Shown piece by piece: positions 13,468 to 25,789 of a stretch of DNA of 64,000 nt; within the stretch, counting starts at the first letter, position 1, and every line of letters starts with the position of its first letter. The stretch comes from Eledone cirrhosa (taxonomy: Eukaryota), in assembly GCA_964016885.1 (NCBI GenBank), contig OZ024746.1, positions 25,916,001 through 25,980,000 on the forward strand. Direction: 5' to 3'. The position numbers were made by a program, and so were the translations under genes. The notes under the pieces are model-generated. The model saw nothing but the letters and a program-made list of their open reading frames with translations. It did not search any database and was not told the DNA's origin.

Positions 13468-15656
13468 TGGTGGTGACATGGTGGTGGAACAGTAAGGTGG
13501 AGGAGTCAATTAAGGCCAAAAAGCAGGCTTGGAAAGCATGGCGGGATGGGGGAAGTAGAGAAGACTATCAGGTAGCCAGGAGGGAAGCTAGGAGACAAGT
13601 GTACTTCGCAAGAAGGGAAGCAGAGAAAAGAAAGTTCAAGCATGTTCTACAACGTGAGGACCAAAAACGTGAGGTGTTCAGGATTGCCAGGCAATGTGTC
13701 AAGGAAAACCGTGATATTGTCGGGGAGAAGTGTGTGCTTAACGATGATGGCATACTTGCCATCACCGACGCTGATAAGAAGGTAGCTTGGAAGTGTCACT
13801 ACGAAAGGCTTCTAAATGAGGAGAACAAATGGGAGAAAGACAGTCTCCCCCACATCGACCCAATAGAGGGACCAGCAGTGTTAGTCCAGGGTAGTACAAT
13901 AAGCAAGGCAATCAAAGATATGAAGACGGGTAAGGCGGCTGGTCCTTCGGAAATAGTTGCTGAGATGCTGAAGGCATCTGGTTCGGTGGGACACACCATG
14001 GTCAACCGGATAGTTAACCAAGTCGTACAGAATGGGGTTGTTCCGAAGGACTGGCGTAGCAGCATCATCGTTAACTGCTATAAGGGAAAAGGAGATGCCC
14101 TAGATAGGAGTAACTATAGAGGCATTAAATTAATCGACCAGGTCATGAAGGTCACGGAAAAAGTAATAGCGCAACTAATCAGAGAGAGAATTGATCTAGA
14201 TGAAATGCAGTTCGGGTTTGTGTCAGGCAAAAGTACCACAGACGCTCTTTTCATTGTACGACAACTACAGGAGAAGTACCTAGCTAAAAGTAAACCCCTA
14301 TACTTAGCTTTCGTCGACTTGGAGAAAGCCTTCGACAGAGTCCCCCGTTCCATTATCTGGTGGTCTCTTAGAAAACTAGATGTTGACGAATGGCTTGTGA
14401 GAGCTATACAAGCCATGTATAAAGAAACAGTGCATAAAAGATGTAGTGGGATCACAGGTAAGCTAACTAAGAACATAGATTTTACATGTGGCCGGTGCTC
14501 TGGTGCAATAAGTAGCAGCAAGTGCCCACAAAATACTAGCTCCTTCAACTGCGCAGAGGGTTCTATAGAAATAGTGGACAGCTTCCGTTACCTGGGTGAC
14601 AAAATCAGCAGTGGGGGAGGGTGCTCTGAAAGTACAGTAGCTAGAGTCAGAACTGGATGGAAAAAGTTCAGAGAGCTTATACCACTATTAGCCGCTAGAG
14701 GGTTCTCCCTAAAAATGAAAGGCAGGTTATACGATGCCTGCATACGAACAGCAATGCTGCATGGCAGTGAGACCTGGGCATTGTGTGCAGAGGATATACG
14801 CAGACTAGAGAGGAACGAAGCTTGCATGCTCCGCTGGATGTGCAATAGTAATATACGTGAACGGCAAAGCATAAACGAACTAAGGAAAAAATTAGAAATA
14901 AGAGGGATCAGATGTTGTTTACTCGAGAGAAGGCTACGTTGGTACGGTCACGTGATGCGCATGAAAGACGACAGCTGTATAACAAAGTGCAGGGCAATAA
15001 AGATAGACGGTAGCCACGGAGTAGGCAGACCCAGAAAAACATGGGACGAGCTGATAAATTCCGACCTCACACGCTTACACCTCTCCAAGACAATGTCACT
15101 GGACCGAGACCTTTGGCGGTACTCAGTAATAGAGAAGACACGCCTTACCTAAATACAAAGTAAAAACCTACTACAGTCAGTAGGCATCTCTATCAAAACA
15201 CCCCCCCATCCCACCACCTCCACCCCATCCACACCGCCCCTTTCAATGTACAGTTATGTTGGTCCCACAACATCCAGGCCGAAACAAATGAGATCGTGTA
15301 GGTGTCACGACAAAAAAACACACAGTCCACGCTGTAAATGTGGCCGTGTAGGCAACACGGTAAAAACCTCCCAGCCCCACACTGTAAATGTGGTTGGTGT
15401 TAGGAAGGGCATCCAGCTGTAGAAAACCCGCCAGACAGTCCACGCTGTAATGTGGCCGTGTAGGCAACACGGTAAAAACCTCCCAGCCCCACACTGTAAA
15501 TGTGGTTGGTGTTAGGAAGGGCATCCAACTGTAGAAAACCCGCCAGACAGTCCTATGCGAGCAAGACAACCACTCTTGCCTCAAGTGGGAAAACCCCCGT
15601 CCAAACCCATGCAAGCGTGGAACACGGACGCTAAACCTGATGATGATGATGATGAT
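13468..15656 (+). mobile_element. RTE-clade LINE (subfamily A), 5'-truncated, with in-frame internal deletion
   Basis: ORF runs from TWWWN through RT motifs ([15 protein letters not shown]...[22 protein letters not shown]) to [12 protein letters not shown]...GRPRKTW and a stop at 15152. The QG/YADD region is absent. 3'UTR has a duplicated module and a (GAT)n tail; (TA)n on both sides. Confidence 0.95.
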
Positions 15657-15713
15657 ATGTATATATATATATGTATATATATATATGTATATATATATGT
15701 ATATATATATATG

Positions 15714-15798
<85 letters not shown>

Positions 15799-15823
15799 GT
15801 ATATATATATGTATATATATATG

Positions 15824-15912
<89 letters not shown>

Positions 15913-15973
15913 ATATATATGTATATATATATATGTATATATATATGTATATATATATATGTATATATATATG

Positions 15974-16040
<67 letters not shown>

Positions 16041-16126
16041 GTATATATGTATATATATATATATATGTATATATATGTATATATGTATATATATATATAT
16101 ATGTATGTATATATATATGTATATAT

Positions 16127-16166
<40 letters not shown>

Positions 16167-16320
16167 GTATATATATGTATATATATATATATATGTATAT
16201 ATATGTATATATATATATATGTATATATATGTATATATATATGTATGTATATATATGTATATATATATATGTATGTATATATATGTATATATATGTATGT
16301 ATATATATATATATATATAT
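15657..16320. repeat. Long interrupted (TA)n/(TATG) microsatellite
   Basis: Seen directly. Similar tracts at 13081-13467, 36471-36613 and 59221-59286. Confidence 0.95.
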
Positions 16321-16384
16321 ACATACACACACAGCAGGGAAAATGAATGTTAAATAATAATACACACATACACACACATTCATA

Positions 16385-16414
<30 letters not shown>

Positions 16415-16415
<1 letters not shown>

Positions 16416-16986
16416 CATCATCATCATCATCATCAACGTTTAACGTCCGTGTTCCACGCTTGCATGGGTTTGGACGGGGGTAGTCCCACTTGAGGCAAGA
16501 GTGATTGTCTTGCTCGCATAGGACTGTCTGGCAGGTTTTCTACAGTTGGATGCCCTTCCTAACACCAACCACATTTACAGTGTGGGGCTGGGAGGTTTTT
16601 ACCGTGTTGCCTACACGGCCACATTACAGCGTGGACTGTGTGTTTTTTTTGTCGTGACACCTACACGATCTCATTTGTTTCGGCCTGGATGGCGCGGCAC
16701 CAACATAACTTTACATAGAACGGGGTGGTGTGGATGGGGTGGGGGTGGTGGTGGTGGGACGGGGTGTATTTTGTTAGAGATGCCTACTGGCTGGAGTAGG
16801 TTCTACTATATATTTAGGTAAGGCGGGTCTTCTCTGTTACTGAGTACCGCCAAAGGTCTCGGTCCAGTGACATTGTCTTGGAGAGGTGTAAGTGTGTGAT
16901 GTCGGAGTTTATCAGCTCGTCCCAGGTTTTTCTAGGTCTGCCTATTCCGTGACTACCGTCTATCTTTATTGCCCTGCACTTTGTTA
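16415..16986 (-). mobile_element. RTE LINE subfamily A, 3' fragment (antisense)
   Basis: Reverse complement is nearly identical to 34455-35053; (CAT)n at 16415-16434; (TA)n flanks. Confidence 0.92.
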
Positions 16987-17458
16987 TATATATATATAAC
17001 TTTTCTTTTATGGTGTTAAGGTCATGTTTTTACATGTGTGGCATGGGGGTTTAGTGCATGTATGGTTCATATGTGTGTGTTACCAATACATACATTTCCC
17101 TAGGCAGTGTACCCATTAACAACACTATGGTCATGCGAAGAATAATTGTTGTTGGTGGTGAATGTGGTGAGTATTGCTAAGAGTAGGAAGACAATGAATT
17201 GCAGAGAATGATTGGAATAGAACTAGTGATGAATGTTGTTAAGAGAAATGGTGTGTGCTGGTTGGGTCAGGTGTGGAAGAAGGATAAAAGTGACTAGGTG
17301 AGAAGACTAGGTGAGAGGAGCAATGGAAATGAATCTGGAAGGAAATAGAGGAAGGGGAAAACCCAGAAAAACTTAACTGGGGATGATGGTTTCCAGCTTG
17401 GCACCAGTTGTCACAACTCATATAAGCACTCTATTTCTATTATAAATGATTTTCTTCT

Positions 17459-17751
17459 CATCCTCCCTGCAGTCCAGATGTAGCCCCATGTGACTTCTGA
17501 ATGTTCCCGAAGCTGAAGGAGAAGCTCAGGCGTATCCACTTTGAGGATGTGGAGGAGATGAAGGAGGCTGTGACAAGTGCCTTGGGCACCTTCACTTTGG
17601 AGGACTACAATGGAACCTTCTAGAAGTGGCTGGAATGCTACAAGTGCTATGAAGTTGGAGGATCCTACTTTGAGGGAGACTAGAGTTTTGTGTTGATCTG
17701 AGTAAAATAAATGTCTCTCTGATAAAAGTCTCAAAAACATCTTGAGTTTAC

Positions 17752-17755
<4 letters not shown>
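17459..17755 (+). mobile_element. mariner transposase C-terminal remnant with right end
   Basis: HPPCSPDVAPCDF*MFPKLKEKL...EVGGSYFEGD* corresponds to the HPPYSPDLAPxD motif of D,D34D mariners. It ends ...TTTACCTG followed by TA. Confidence 0.85.
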
Positions 17756-17806
<51 letters not shown>

Positions 17807-17866
17807 TTGAAATAAAATGAAAACGAAATTTCATTTCTCACTCTTAGTACGGCACTTACTTAAATG

Positions 17867-17921
17867 TAAGTATGTGTGTATACGTACATACATATATGTA
17901 TACAGACGTACAGTAGCATGC

Positions 17922-17952
<31 letters not shown>

Positions 17953-18391
17953 TACATACAGGTACACATACATATATGCACGTATCAGTTTAGCGGACGC
18001 TTATTATAACGCCGCTTTGTTCATTTGTAAACAAACTGAACAGCCTGAATTTTTATGCCGTACGGTGTTAAGGCAACCACGTCACCTTTTTGTTCAACAC
18101 TGACACAGGAACGATGTACTAGTTTCAAGCTTGTTAGCTATCATCAGCACCGTATACCCATCTGCTAGATAGTTGAACGTTCGAAAGTATATACTTTCCT
18201 TATGAAAATTAACGGCTGAGCAGCCTAATTTGCATATCGAGTGAGCTAAGTCGGTCAGGCATACCGAAAACGATAAACTGATACGTGCATATATGTATGT
18301 GTACCTGTATGTATATATGTATATATATATATATATGCATGCTACTGTACGTCTGTATACATATATGTATGTACGTATACACACATACTTA
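17867..18391. repeat. Foldback inverted repeat: ~120-bp arms around a ~280-bp core
   Basis: 17867-17992 is the reverse complement of 18274-18391 apart from the internal (TA)n length. Confidence 0.9.
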
Positions 18392-19644
18392 TATATATAT
18401 ATATATATATACACTATACATGATGTTATTCAAGGGAAAAGCAAAGGCCAATACAGCTTGGTTGTTACAACTAATTTTTTCTGAATGGAGGAGCAATGTG
18501 ACAAAGTATTTTGCTCAAGGACACAACTCACTGCCAGGAATCAAGCTTGTGACCTTATGATCATTAGCTAAACAACCATAACCACTAAGCTACTTGACTT
18601 CACTGATGCTTTATATAAACAGTGTAATAAATGTTGCAAATGTTCCACTACTTCCAACAATAACCATTTCCCAGTTGCAGAAGATGATTTGTTGGTGCTG
18701 TAACACAGTTTTATTCGTTTTAAATGTGATACCCTTGGTAAAGGCTAGATCTGGAATGTAATGATAGATTCTTTTATTCTTTTATTGGTTACAACCATTA
18801 GATTGTGGCCATACTGGGGCAACACCTTAAAGTTGATCATATCGAATCCAATACTTATTTTTTTCAAGTCTTGTAATTATCTTATTTATCTCTTTTTGTC
18901 ACACCATTAATTTATGGGACACAAACACTCACACATACACATACTCCCCACCCCACACCCATGGCTTCTGTAGTTTCTGTCTGCCAAATTCCACTCATGG
19001 GTCATTGATAAACCAAGTCACTTGTCTAAGGTGCTATGTAGTGGAACTCAATCTAAAAGCATGGTTTATTATTATTAATGCATATTTGTTGTTTTGGGAA
19101 ACATTTTTTGCATTAAAAAAACAATTTTGTATCAGCCTCTGCTGTCATTAATGCTTTCTTGTGTGGCTAATAAAGAAATCATCATTATTATTATTATGGT
19201 TAATATGATAAAATAAAGCACCAGTAATGCACTGGGGTCGATTTAATTGACTTTCTTCTCCCCCAAATTTGTTGGCTTTGTGCCTAAATCGGAAACCATT
19301 ATTGCACTGGATAATTGCTGGCCTTGTGCCTAAATTAGAAACAATTATAATTAAGGTTCATTAGGGTGGTGGATTGGCAGTATCGGTAGAGGGTCGGACG
19401 CCATGCTTTGACGCATGGAGTTACGGCCCTTGCCATTCTGAGTTCAAATCCCGCCGAGGTTAACTTTGCCTTTCATCGTTATGGGGTCGATAAAATAAAG
19501 TACCAGTAATACACTGGGTAATTGCTGGTCTTGTGCCAAAAGTAGAAACAATTATTATTAAGGTTCATTAATAGAGTACCAGTAATGCACTGGGTAATTG
19601 CTGGCCTTGTGCCAAAAGTAGAAACAATTATTATTAAGGTTCAT

Positions 19645-20296
19645 TTTTATAAATGAACACTTAGATGTTAAGCAGTTTGGATATTTCAGTTAGGCAGCAG
19701 TCATCAACAAATTGTCAAAGGTCCCTCACTGCATTCTCTCCAGTGCCTTACATAGACAAAACTTTCCTTAAAATTCTTGCTGACTTGTAATCTTGTATCA
19801 ATTCTGATTCTATTTACACTGTCCCCAAAACTGTCTGATATACATCCCAATGCGCCGGTCAACACTGGAATCCCTAAAACCTTCTTCATCCCTCACAACT
19901 TTCCAACCTATTCCTTCAGTGGCTCAGAATTCTTGAACTTTTCATGCTCTTTATCCTTCACTTTACCCTCTCCTGGGATAGATATATCGTTAATTTGGAC
20001 ATTTTTTTCCTTCTTGTTCACAACTAAAATGTCTGGCTTTTTGCCTCAATCATTTTATTGCATTGAATGACAAAGTCCCACAAAAGCTTAAATTCGTCAT
20101 TCTCTAACACCCCTTCTGGTCTCTGCTCATACCATTTAGTTGCTCTGACAAGCCCACCTTTCTCAGAAATTATTCAATGGATTTATCTGGCAATATTATC
20201 ATGTCATCTTTTGTACTCTTTCTGTGCCAACTTAACACATTCACTTACAATATGGCTGACCATTTCTCTTCTGGTTTCACAAAACCTACATAGTGG
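19645..20296 (-). mobile_element. R4/Dong-clade non-LTR retrotransposon 3' remnant (restriction-like endonuclease)
   Basis: Minus strand: PLCRFC...SHIVSEC (CCHC knuckle), YKR*HDNIAR, KPDILVV...INDISIP...KEHEK, GIPVLTGALG, SARILRKVLSM*. Many stops. The 5' end abuts a (TAA)n run at 20297-20311. Confidence 0.85.
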
Positions 20297-20902
20297 TATT
20301 ATTATTATTATTTTGAGGGCGGTGGATTGGCAATATCGATTGGGCGTCAGACAACGTGCTTTGTGACATAGAGTTATGGCCCTTTATGCTCTGAGTTTAA
20401 ATCCCGCCGAGGTTAGCTTTGTTTTTCATCCTTACGGGGGTTGATAAAATAAAGTGCCAGTAATGCACTTGGGATTAATTTTAACCCTTTAGTATTTAAA
20501 TTGGCCATATCCGGCCAGAATTCTCTCACCTCTTTCTGTTCAAACCGGCTGTAATCGGCTTCTCATACTGATGTTAAGGTATTGTTCTCAAAATAAATAT
20601 CAAAATTTCATAGATTCCACATTATGTGAGATAATTATGTAAGATAAAGCCTTTACCACAAACAAATGCTAAAGGAAATTTTTGGCATTTAGTTATGACT
20701 CTTTACATTCTGAGTTCAAATCCCACAAGGTCAACTTTGTTTTCACCCTTGATAAAATAAAGTACCAGCCATGTACTGGAATTGAGGTAATCAATTTCTC
20801 CCGGCCCCACAACAAATTGTAGGCCTTGTGCCTGAATTAGAAATCATTTTCTTTTTCCTTCTGTTTTTTTTTTTGTGACAAGCAGGCTTAATGTTTTACT
20901 TA

Positions 20903-21200
20903 TGGTAGTGATGATGCTAAGTAGGTGGAAGTGGATGGAGGTGGTGATGGTGGTGCAGTTATTAGATGGTGGTGGTGGAGGTGGTAGTGATGATGCTGAG
21001 TAGGTGGAAGTGGATGGAGGTGGTGATGGTGGTGCAGTTGTTAGATGGTGGTGGTGGAGGTGGTAGTGATGATGCTGAGTAGGTGGAAGTGGATGGTGGT
21101 GGTGATGGTGATGATTGTGGTGAAGTTGTTAGATGGTGGTGGTGGTGCTGCTGCGGTGGTGGTGGTGGTGGTGGTGCAGATGATACTTCATAGGTGATAG
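20903..21200. repeat. 79-bp G-rich tandem repeat (~3 copies)
   Basis: GTAGGTGGAAGTGGATGG recurs at 20921, 21000 and 21079. Confidence 0.85.
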
Positions 21201-21267
21201 TGGATGGAAGTGGTGTAGCGAATCCACCACCTTGATGGATAATAAGGTTGATGTTGTTGAGATAATT

Positions 21268-22190
21268 AGTGATGGTGGTAATGGTGGTGGTAGTGGTGGT
21301 GGTAGTGGTGGTAGTAGTGGTGGTGGTAGTGAAGGTGGTAGTGGTAGTGGTGGTAGTAGTGGTGGTGGTAGTGATGGTGGTAGTGGTGGTGGTAGTGGTA
21401 GTGGTGGTAGTAGTGATGGTGGTGGTGGTAGTGGTGGTGGTAGTGGTGGTAGTAGTGGTGGTGGTAGTGATGGTGGTAGTGGTGGTGGTAGTGGTAGTGG
21501 TGGTGGTAGTGGTGGTGGTAGTGATGGTGGTAGTGATGGTGGTAGTGGTGGTGGTAGTGGTAGTGGTGGTAGTAGTGATGGTGGTGGTGGTAGTGGTGGT
21601 GGTAGTGGTGGTAGTAGTGGTGGTGGTAGTGATGGTGGTAGTGGTGGTGGTAGTGGTAGTGGTGGTAGTAGTGATGGTGGTGGTGGTAGTGGTGGTGGTA
21701 GTGGTGGTAGTAGTGGTGGTGGTAGTGATGGTGGTAGTGGTGGTGGTAGTGGTAGTGGTGGTGGTAGTGGTGGTGGTAGTGATGGTGGTAGTGATGGTGG
21801 TAGTGGTGGTGGTAGTGGTAGTGGTGGTAGTAGTGATGGTGGTGGTGGTAGTGGTGGTGGTAGTGGTGGTAGTAGTGGTGGTGGTAGTGATGGTGGTAGT
21901 GGTGGTGGTAGTGGTAGTGGTGGTAGTAGTGATGGTGGTGGTGGTAGTGGTGGTAGTAGTGGTGGTGGTAGTGATGGTGGTAGTGGTGGTGGTAGTGGTA
22001 GTGGTGGTAGTAGTGATGGTGGTGGTGGTAGTGGTGGTGGTAGTGGTGGTAGTAGTGGTGGTGGTAGTGATGGTGGTAGTGGTGGTGGTAGTGGTAGTGG
22101 TGGTAGTAGTGATGATGGTGGTGGTAGTGGTGGTAGTAGTGGTGGTGGTAGTGATGGTGGTAGTGGTGGTAGTAGTGGTGGTGGTAGTAG
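21268..22190. repeat. GGT/AGT/GAT trinucleotide array with 96-bp and 258-bp higher-order periodicity
   Basis: AGTAGTGATGG landmark at ~21411, 21573, 21669, 21831 and 21927 (spacings 162/96/162/96). Confidence 0.9.
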
Positions 22191-22229
22191 AGATTATTTG
22201 GGAATGGTTGTGGTGGTGATGGTGATAGA

Positions 22230-23340
22230 AGTGGTGGTGGTAGTGGAGACTGGAGGTGGCAGTTGTGGTTGTGGTGGTGGTGGTAATAGAAGTGGTGGTG
22301 GCAGTGGTGGAAACTGTTTGGGGGTGGCAGTTGTGGTTATGGTGGTGATGGTAATAGAAGTGGTGGTTGTGGTGGTAGTGGTGGAAAATGTTTGGGGGTG
22401 GCAGTTGTGGTGGTGGTGGTGGTAATAGAAGTGGTGGTGGTAGTGGTGGAAACTGTTTGGGGGTGGCAGTTGTGGTTATGGTGGTGATGGTAATAGAAGT
22501 GGTGGTTGTGGTGGTAGTGGTGGAAAATGTTTGGGGGTGGCAGTTGTGGTGGTGGTGGTGGTAATAGAAGTGGTGGTGGTAGTGGTGGAAACTGTTTGGG
22601 GGTGGCAGTTGTGGTTATGGTGGTGATGGTAATAGAAGTGGTGGTTGTGGTGGTAGTGGTGGAAAATGTTTGGGGGTGGCAGTTGTGGTGGTGGTGGTGG
22701 TAATAGAAGTGGTGGTGGTAGTGGTGGAAACTGTTTGGGGGTGGCAGTTGTGGTTATGGTGGTGATGGTAATAGAAGTGGTGGTTGTGGTGGTAGTGGTG
22801 GAAAATGTTTGGGGGTGGCAGTTGTGGTGGTGGTGGTGGTAATAGAAGTGGTGGTGGTAGTGGTGGAAACTGTTTGGGGGTGGCAGTTGTGGTTATGGTG
22901 GTGATGGTAATAGAAGTGGTGGTTGTGGTGGTAGTGGTGGAAAATGTTTGGGGGTGGCAGTTGTGGTGGTGGTGGTGGTAATAGAAGTGGTGGTGGTAGT
23001 GGTGGAAACTGTTTGGGGGTGGCAGTTGTGGTTATGGTGGTGATGGTAATAGAAGTGGTGGTTGTGGTGGTAGTGGTGGAAAATGTTTGGGGGTGGCAGT
23101 TGTGGTTGTGGTGGTGATGCTAATAGAAGTGGTGGTTGTGGTGGTAGTGGTGGAAACTGTTTGGGGGTGGCAGTTGTGGTTATGGTGGTGGCAGTGGTGG
23201 AAACTGTTTGGGGGTGGCAGTTGTGGTTATGGTGGTGATGGTAATAGAAGTGGTGGTGGTAGTGGTGGAAACTGTTTGGGGGTGCCACTTGTGGTTATGG
23301 TGGTGCTGGTGGTGGTGGTGGTAGTAGTAGTAGAGACTAT
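22230..23340. repeat. 139-bp dimeric higher-order G-rich repeat
   Basis: AAACTGTTTGGGGGTGGCAG at 22311, 22450, 22589, 22728, 22867 and 23006, alternating with an AAAATGTTTGGGGG subunit. Confidence 0.92.
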
Positions 23341-25789
23341 TTGGGAGTGGCAGTTGTGGCTGTGGTGATTATGGTGTTTGGTAGTGGTTGTGATTGGTGG
23401 TGGTAATGGTAGTAGTGATACTGAAAGGTGGTGGTGAGGGGGAGGGGATAAAAAGAAGGAAATGAATATTCCTATTTTTTGTTGAGAAGTGAATGAACCA
23501 CTGCTGTGATTTTTTATTTATGTATAAGGTTATTTCATGTGGTGGTAGGGATGTTGGTGAGGGTGGTGATGATGGTGGTGCTAGTGATGTTGGTGGTAGT
23601 GATGATGATATTGGTGGTAGTGCTGATGTTGGTGGTAGTGCTGATGATGATGGTGGTGATGATGGTGTTGGTGTTGGTGGTGGTGGTAGTGGTAAAGTTA
23701 TTATTGCTGGTGGAGGTGTTGGTGGTGGTGATGGTAGTGGTATTGTTGGTGTTGGTGGTGTTAGTGGTGATGATGGTGGTGGTGGCAGTAGTGTTGTTGT
23801 TGGTGGTGTTGGTGGTGTTAGTGGTGATGATGGTTATTATTGGAAGTAGTTTTGTTAATCGGTTATTATTCTAGTTTGATTCCACTAACTGATAAGCTGG
23901 GCAGCAGCAAAACATATGGAATCTTCATTAAACTAGCTAAATTATCTACTAATTAATATGCAGACATAGAAAATATCCATTTTGAAGCTTACTTTCTGCT
24001 ATTTGGTAATTAAGTTGAACAATGAAACCTTTGTCCAGCTTCAATGGTCAAATATGCATCTCCGTAGGAAATACAGCCTTGATATAATCTTGTGTAATTG
24101 TCTTTAATACGAAACATTTAATGGAAAAAATATTGAGGACGACATTAGGACGACATTGTAGAAAACAAGCCAGAAACAGTTTTGTATGAGCAAACACAGT
24201 CACCTGATCTGATTTGTCTCAAATGGGACAACACATCTAACCCATACTAGTATTGACAAATGAATGTTAAACAATGATGATGATGATGATGATGTATGTA
24301 TTTGGAGATTTGCAATGAATAGGAATTTTCAAGCTGGACTTCTAAGTTTAAACTTTCTCTCATGTCATGTGTCCTAGTGGTTAGACTGTTGGACTCATCA
24401 TCATAAGGTCATTGCTTTGATTCTTGGATTGGGGAGTATGTTGTGTTTTTGAGCAAGACACTTCATTTTGCATTACTTTTCATGATATGTGGTTGATTGG
24501 CAGTTTCGGTAGAGCATCAGACAACATGCTTTGTGGCAGAGAGTTAGGGCCCTTTATGTTCTGAGTTCAAATCCCACCGAGGTTAACTTTGCTTTTCATC
24601 CTGACCGGGTTGATAAAATAAAATACTAGTAATGCATTGGGGTCGATTTAATCGATTTTCCCTTTCCCTTAAAATTGTTGGTCTTTTGCCTAAATAAGAA
24701 ACAATTACTTTTCATTATTAGGTGATCAAATTTGTGTGGGAGAGGGGAGGCTGCACCAAAAGCATAATGGCTAGGGTAAGAACAGGATGGAAAAAATTCA
24801 AGAGCTACTACCTCTGTTGACAAAAGGTTTCTCCCTCTATGAAAGAATGGCCAGCTGTATGATGTCTGTATATGAAGTTTGATGTTGCATAGTAGTGAAA
24901 CATGGGCAGTGAATGCAGAAGATATGTAAAGGATTGAGAGAAAGATTGTGGGGATGCTGGTGGGATATTCATAAATAGTTGTTTAGGCAAGATGGAGAGC
25001 ATTCTTAAATGGATGTATGATAAAGGTTTGGAGGGGGTGCAGTCATAAATAGTTGTGTGAGATTCTGGAATTGAACTCATGGCCTTTTGATTGTGAGCTC
25101 GACACACTAACCACTCAGCCACATGTCGAAACTTTGAAGTTATTGTCCCATTGTCTTTCGGAATATGAATCTTATACTATGTTTATATGTATAAAATGAC
25201 TATGTTTTATGTACATAGGTACATAAAACAACCCCTGTAGTTTATATGATGATGATGATATATATATAATTTTTTAAAAAGTTCCTGTAAAGTCAGCTAT
25301 AGATAGAAATTAGTTTTCTGTCCATATTGTGCTGAAATAGTTGACTGACCAATAATACAATGCACTGGACCAGCAAACAGCTGGATATCTACTATGGTCA
25401 CTACACTTAGTTGTATATATAGCAGTGTATATACAATACTGTATATAGCTGAGTATATACAATACAAGGTGCTTGGCTTAGCTGTTAGGTTGTTGGGCTT
25501 GCAATCATGAGGTTGTGATTTCGATTCCTAGACTGGGCAGTGTGTTGTGGCCTTGAGCAAGACATTCTATTTTTTGTTGTTCCAGTTTACTCAACTGTAG
25601 AAATGAGTTGTGACATCACTTGTGCCAGCTGTATTGGCCATTGTCTGAGAGGTGACTAGTATGCATGGCTGACAGCTGGTCTTCCACAAAGCATTTTGGT
25701 CAATCTTGTGCCTTGGAGGGGAACTTTCTCGGTTATTCGTGACCAAAGGGCATCAAGAAGAAGATATATACAACATTCTATTTAATTGG

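Noticed and set aside
12736-16383. Long Ile/Tyr/His/Thr ORFs (YIYIYI...)
   Set aside because: Translations of (TA)n/(TATG)n microsatellites. The same applies to similar ORFs at 11.1-12.5, 26.8-27.4, 35.2-37.5 and 63.1 kb.
21232-22425. 397-aa Gly/Ser-rich ORF (and the overlapping poly-Val ORF) as a structural protein gene
   Set aside because: GGT/AGT/GAT triplets are stop-free in two frames by construction. There is no synonymous codon variation, signal peptide or splice evidence, and the frame drifts into Val/Trp runs.
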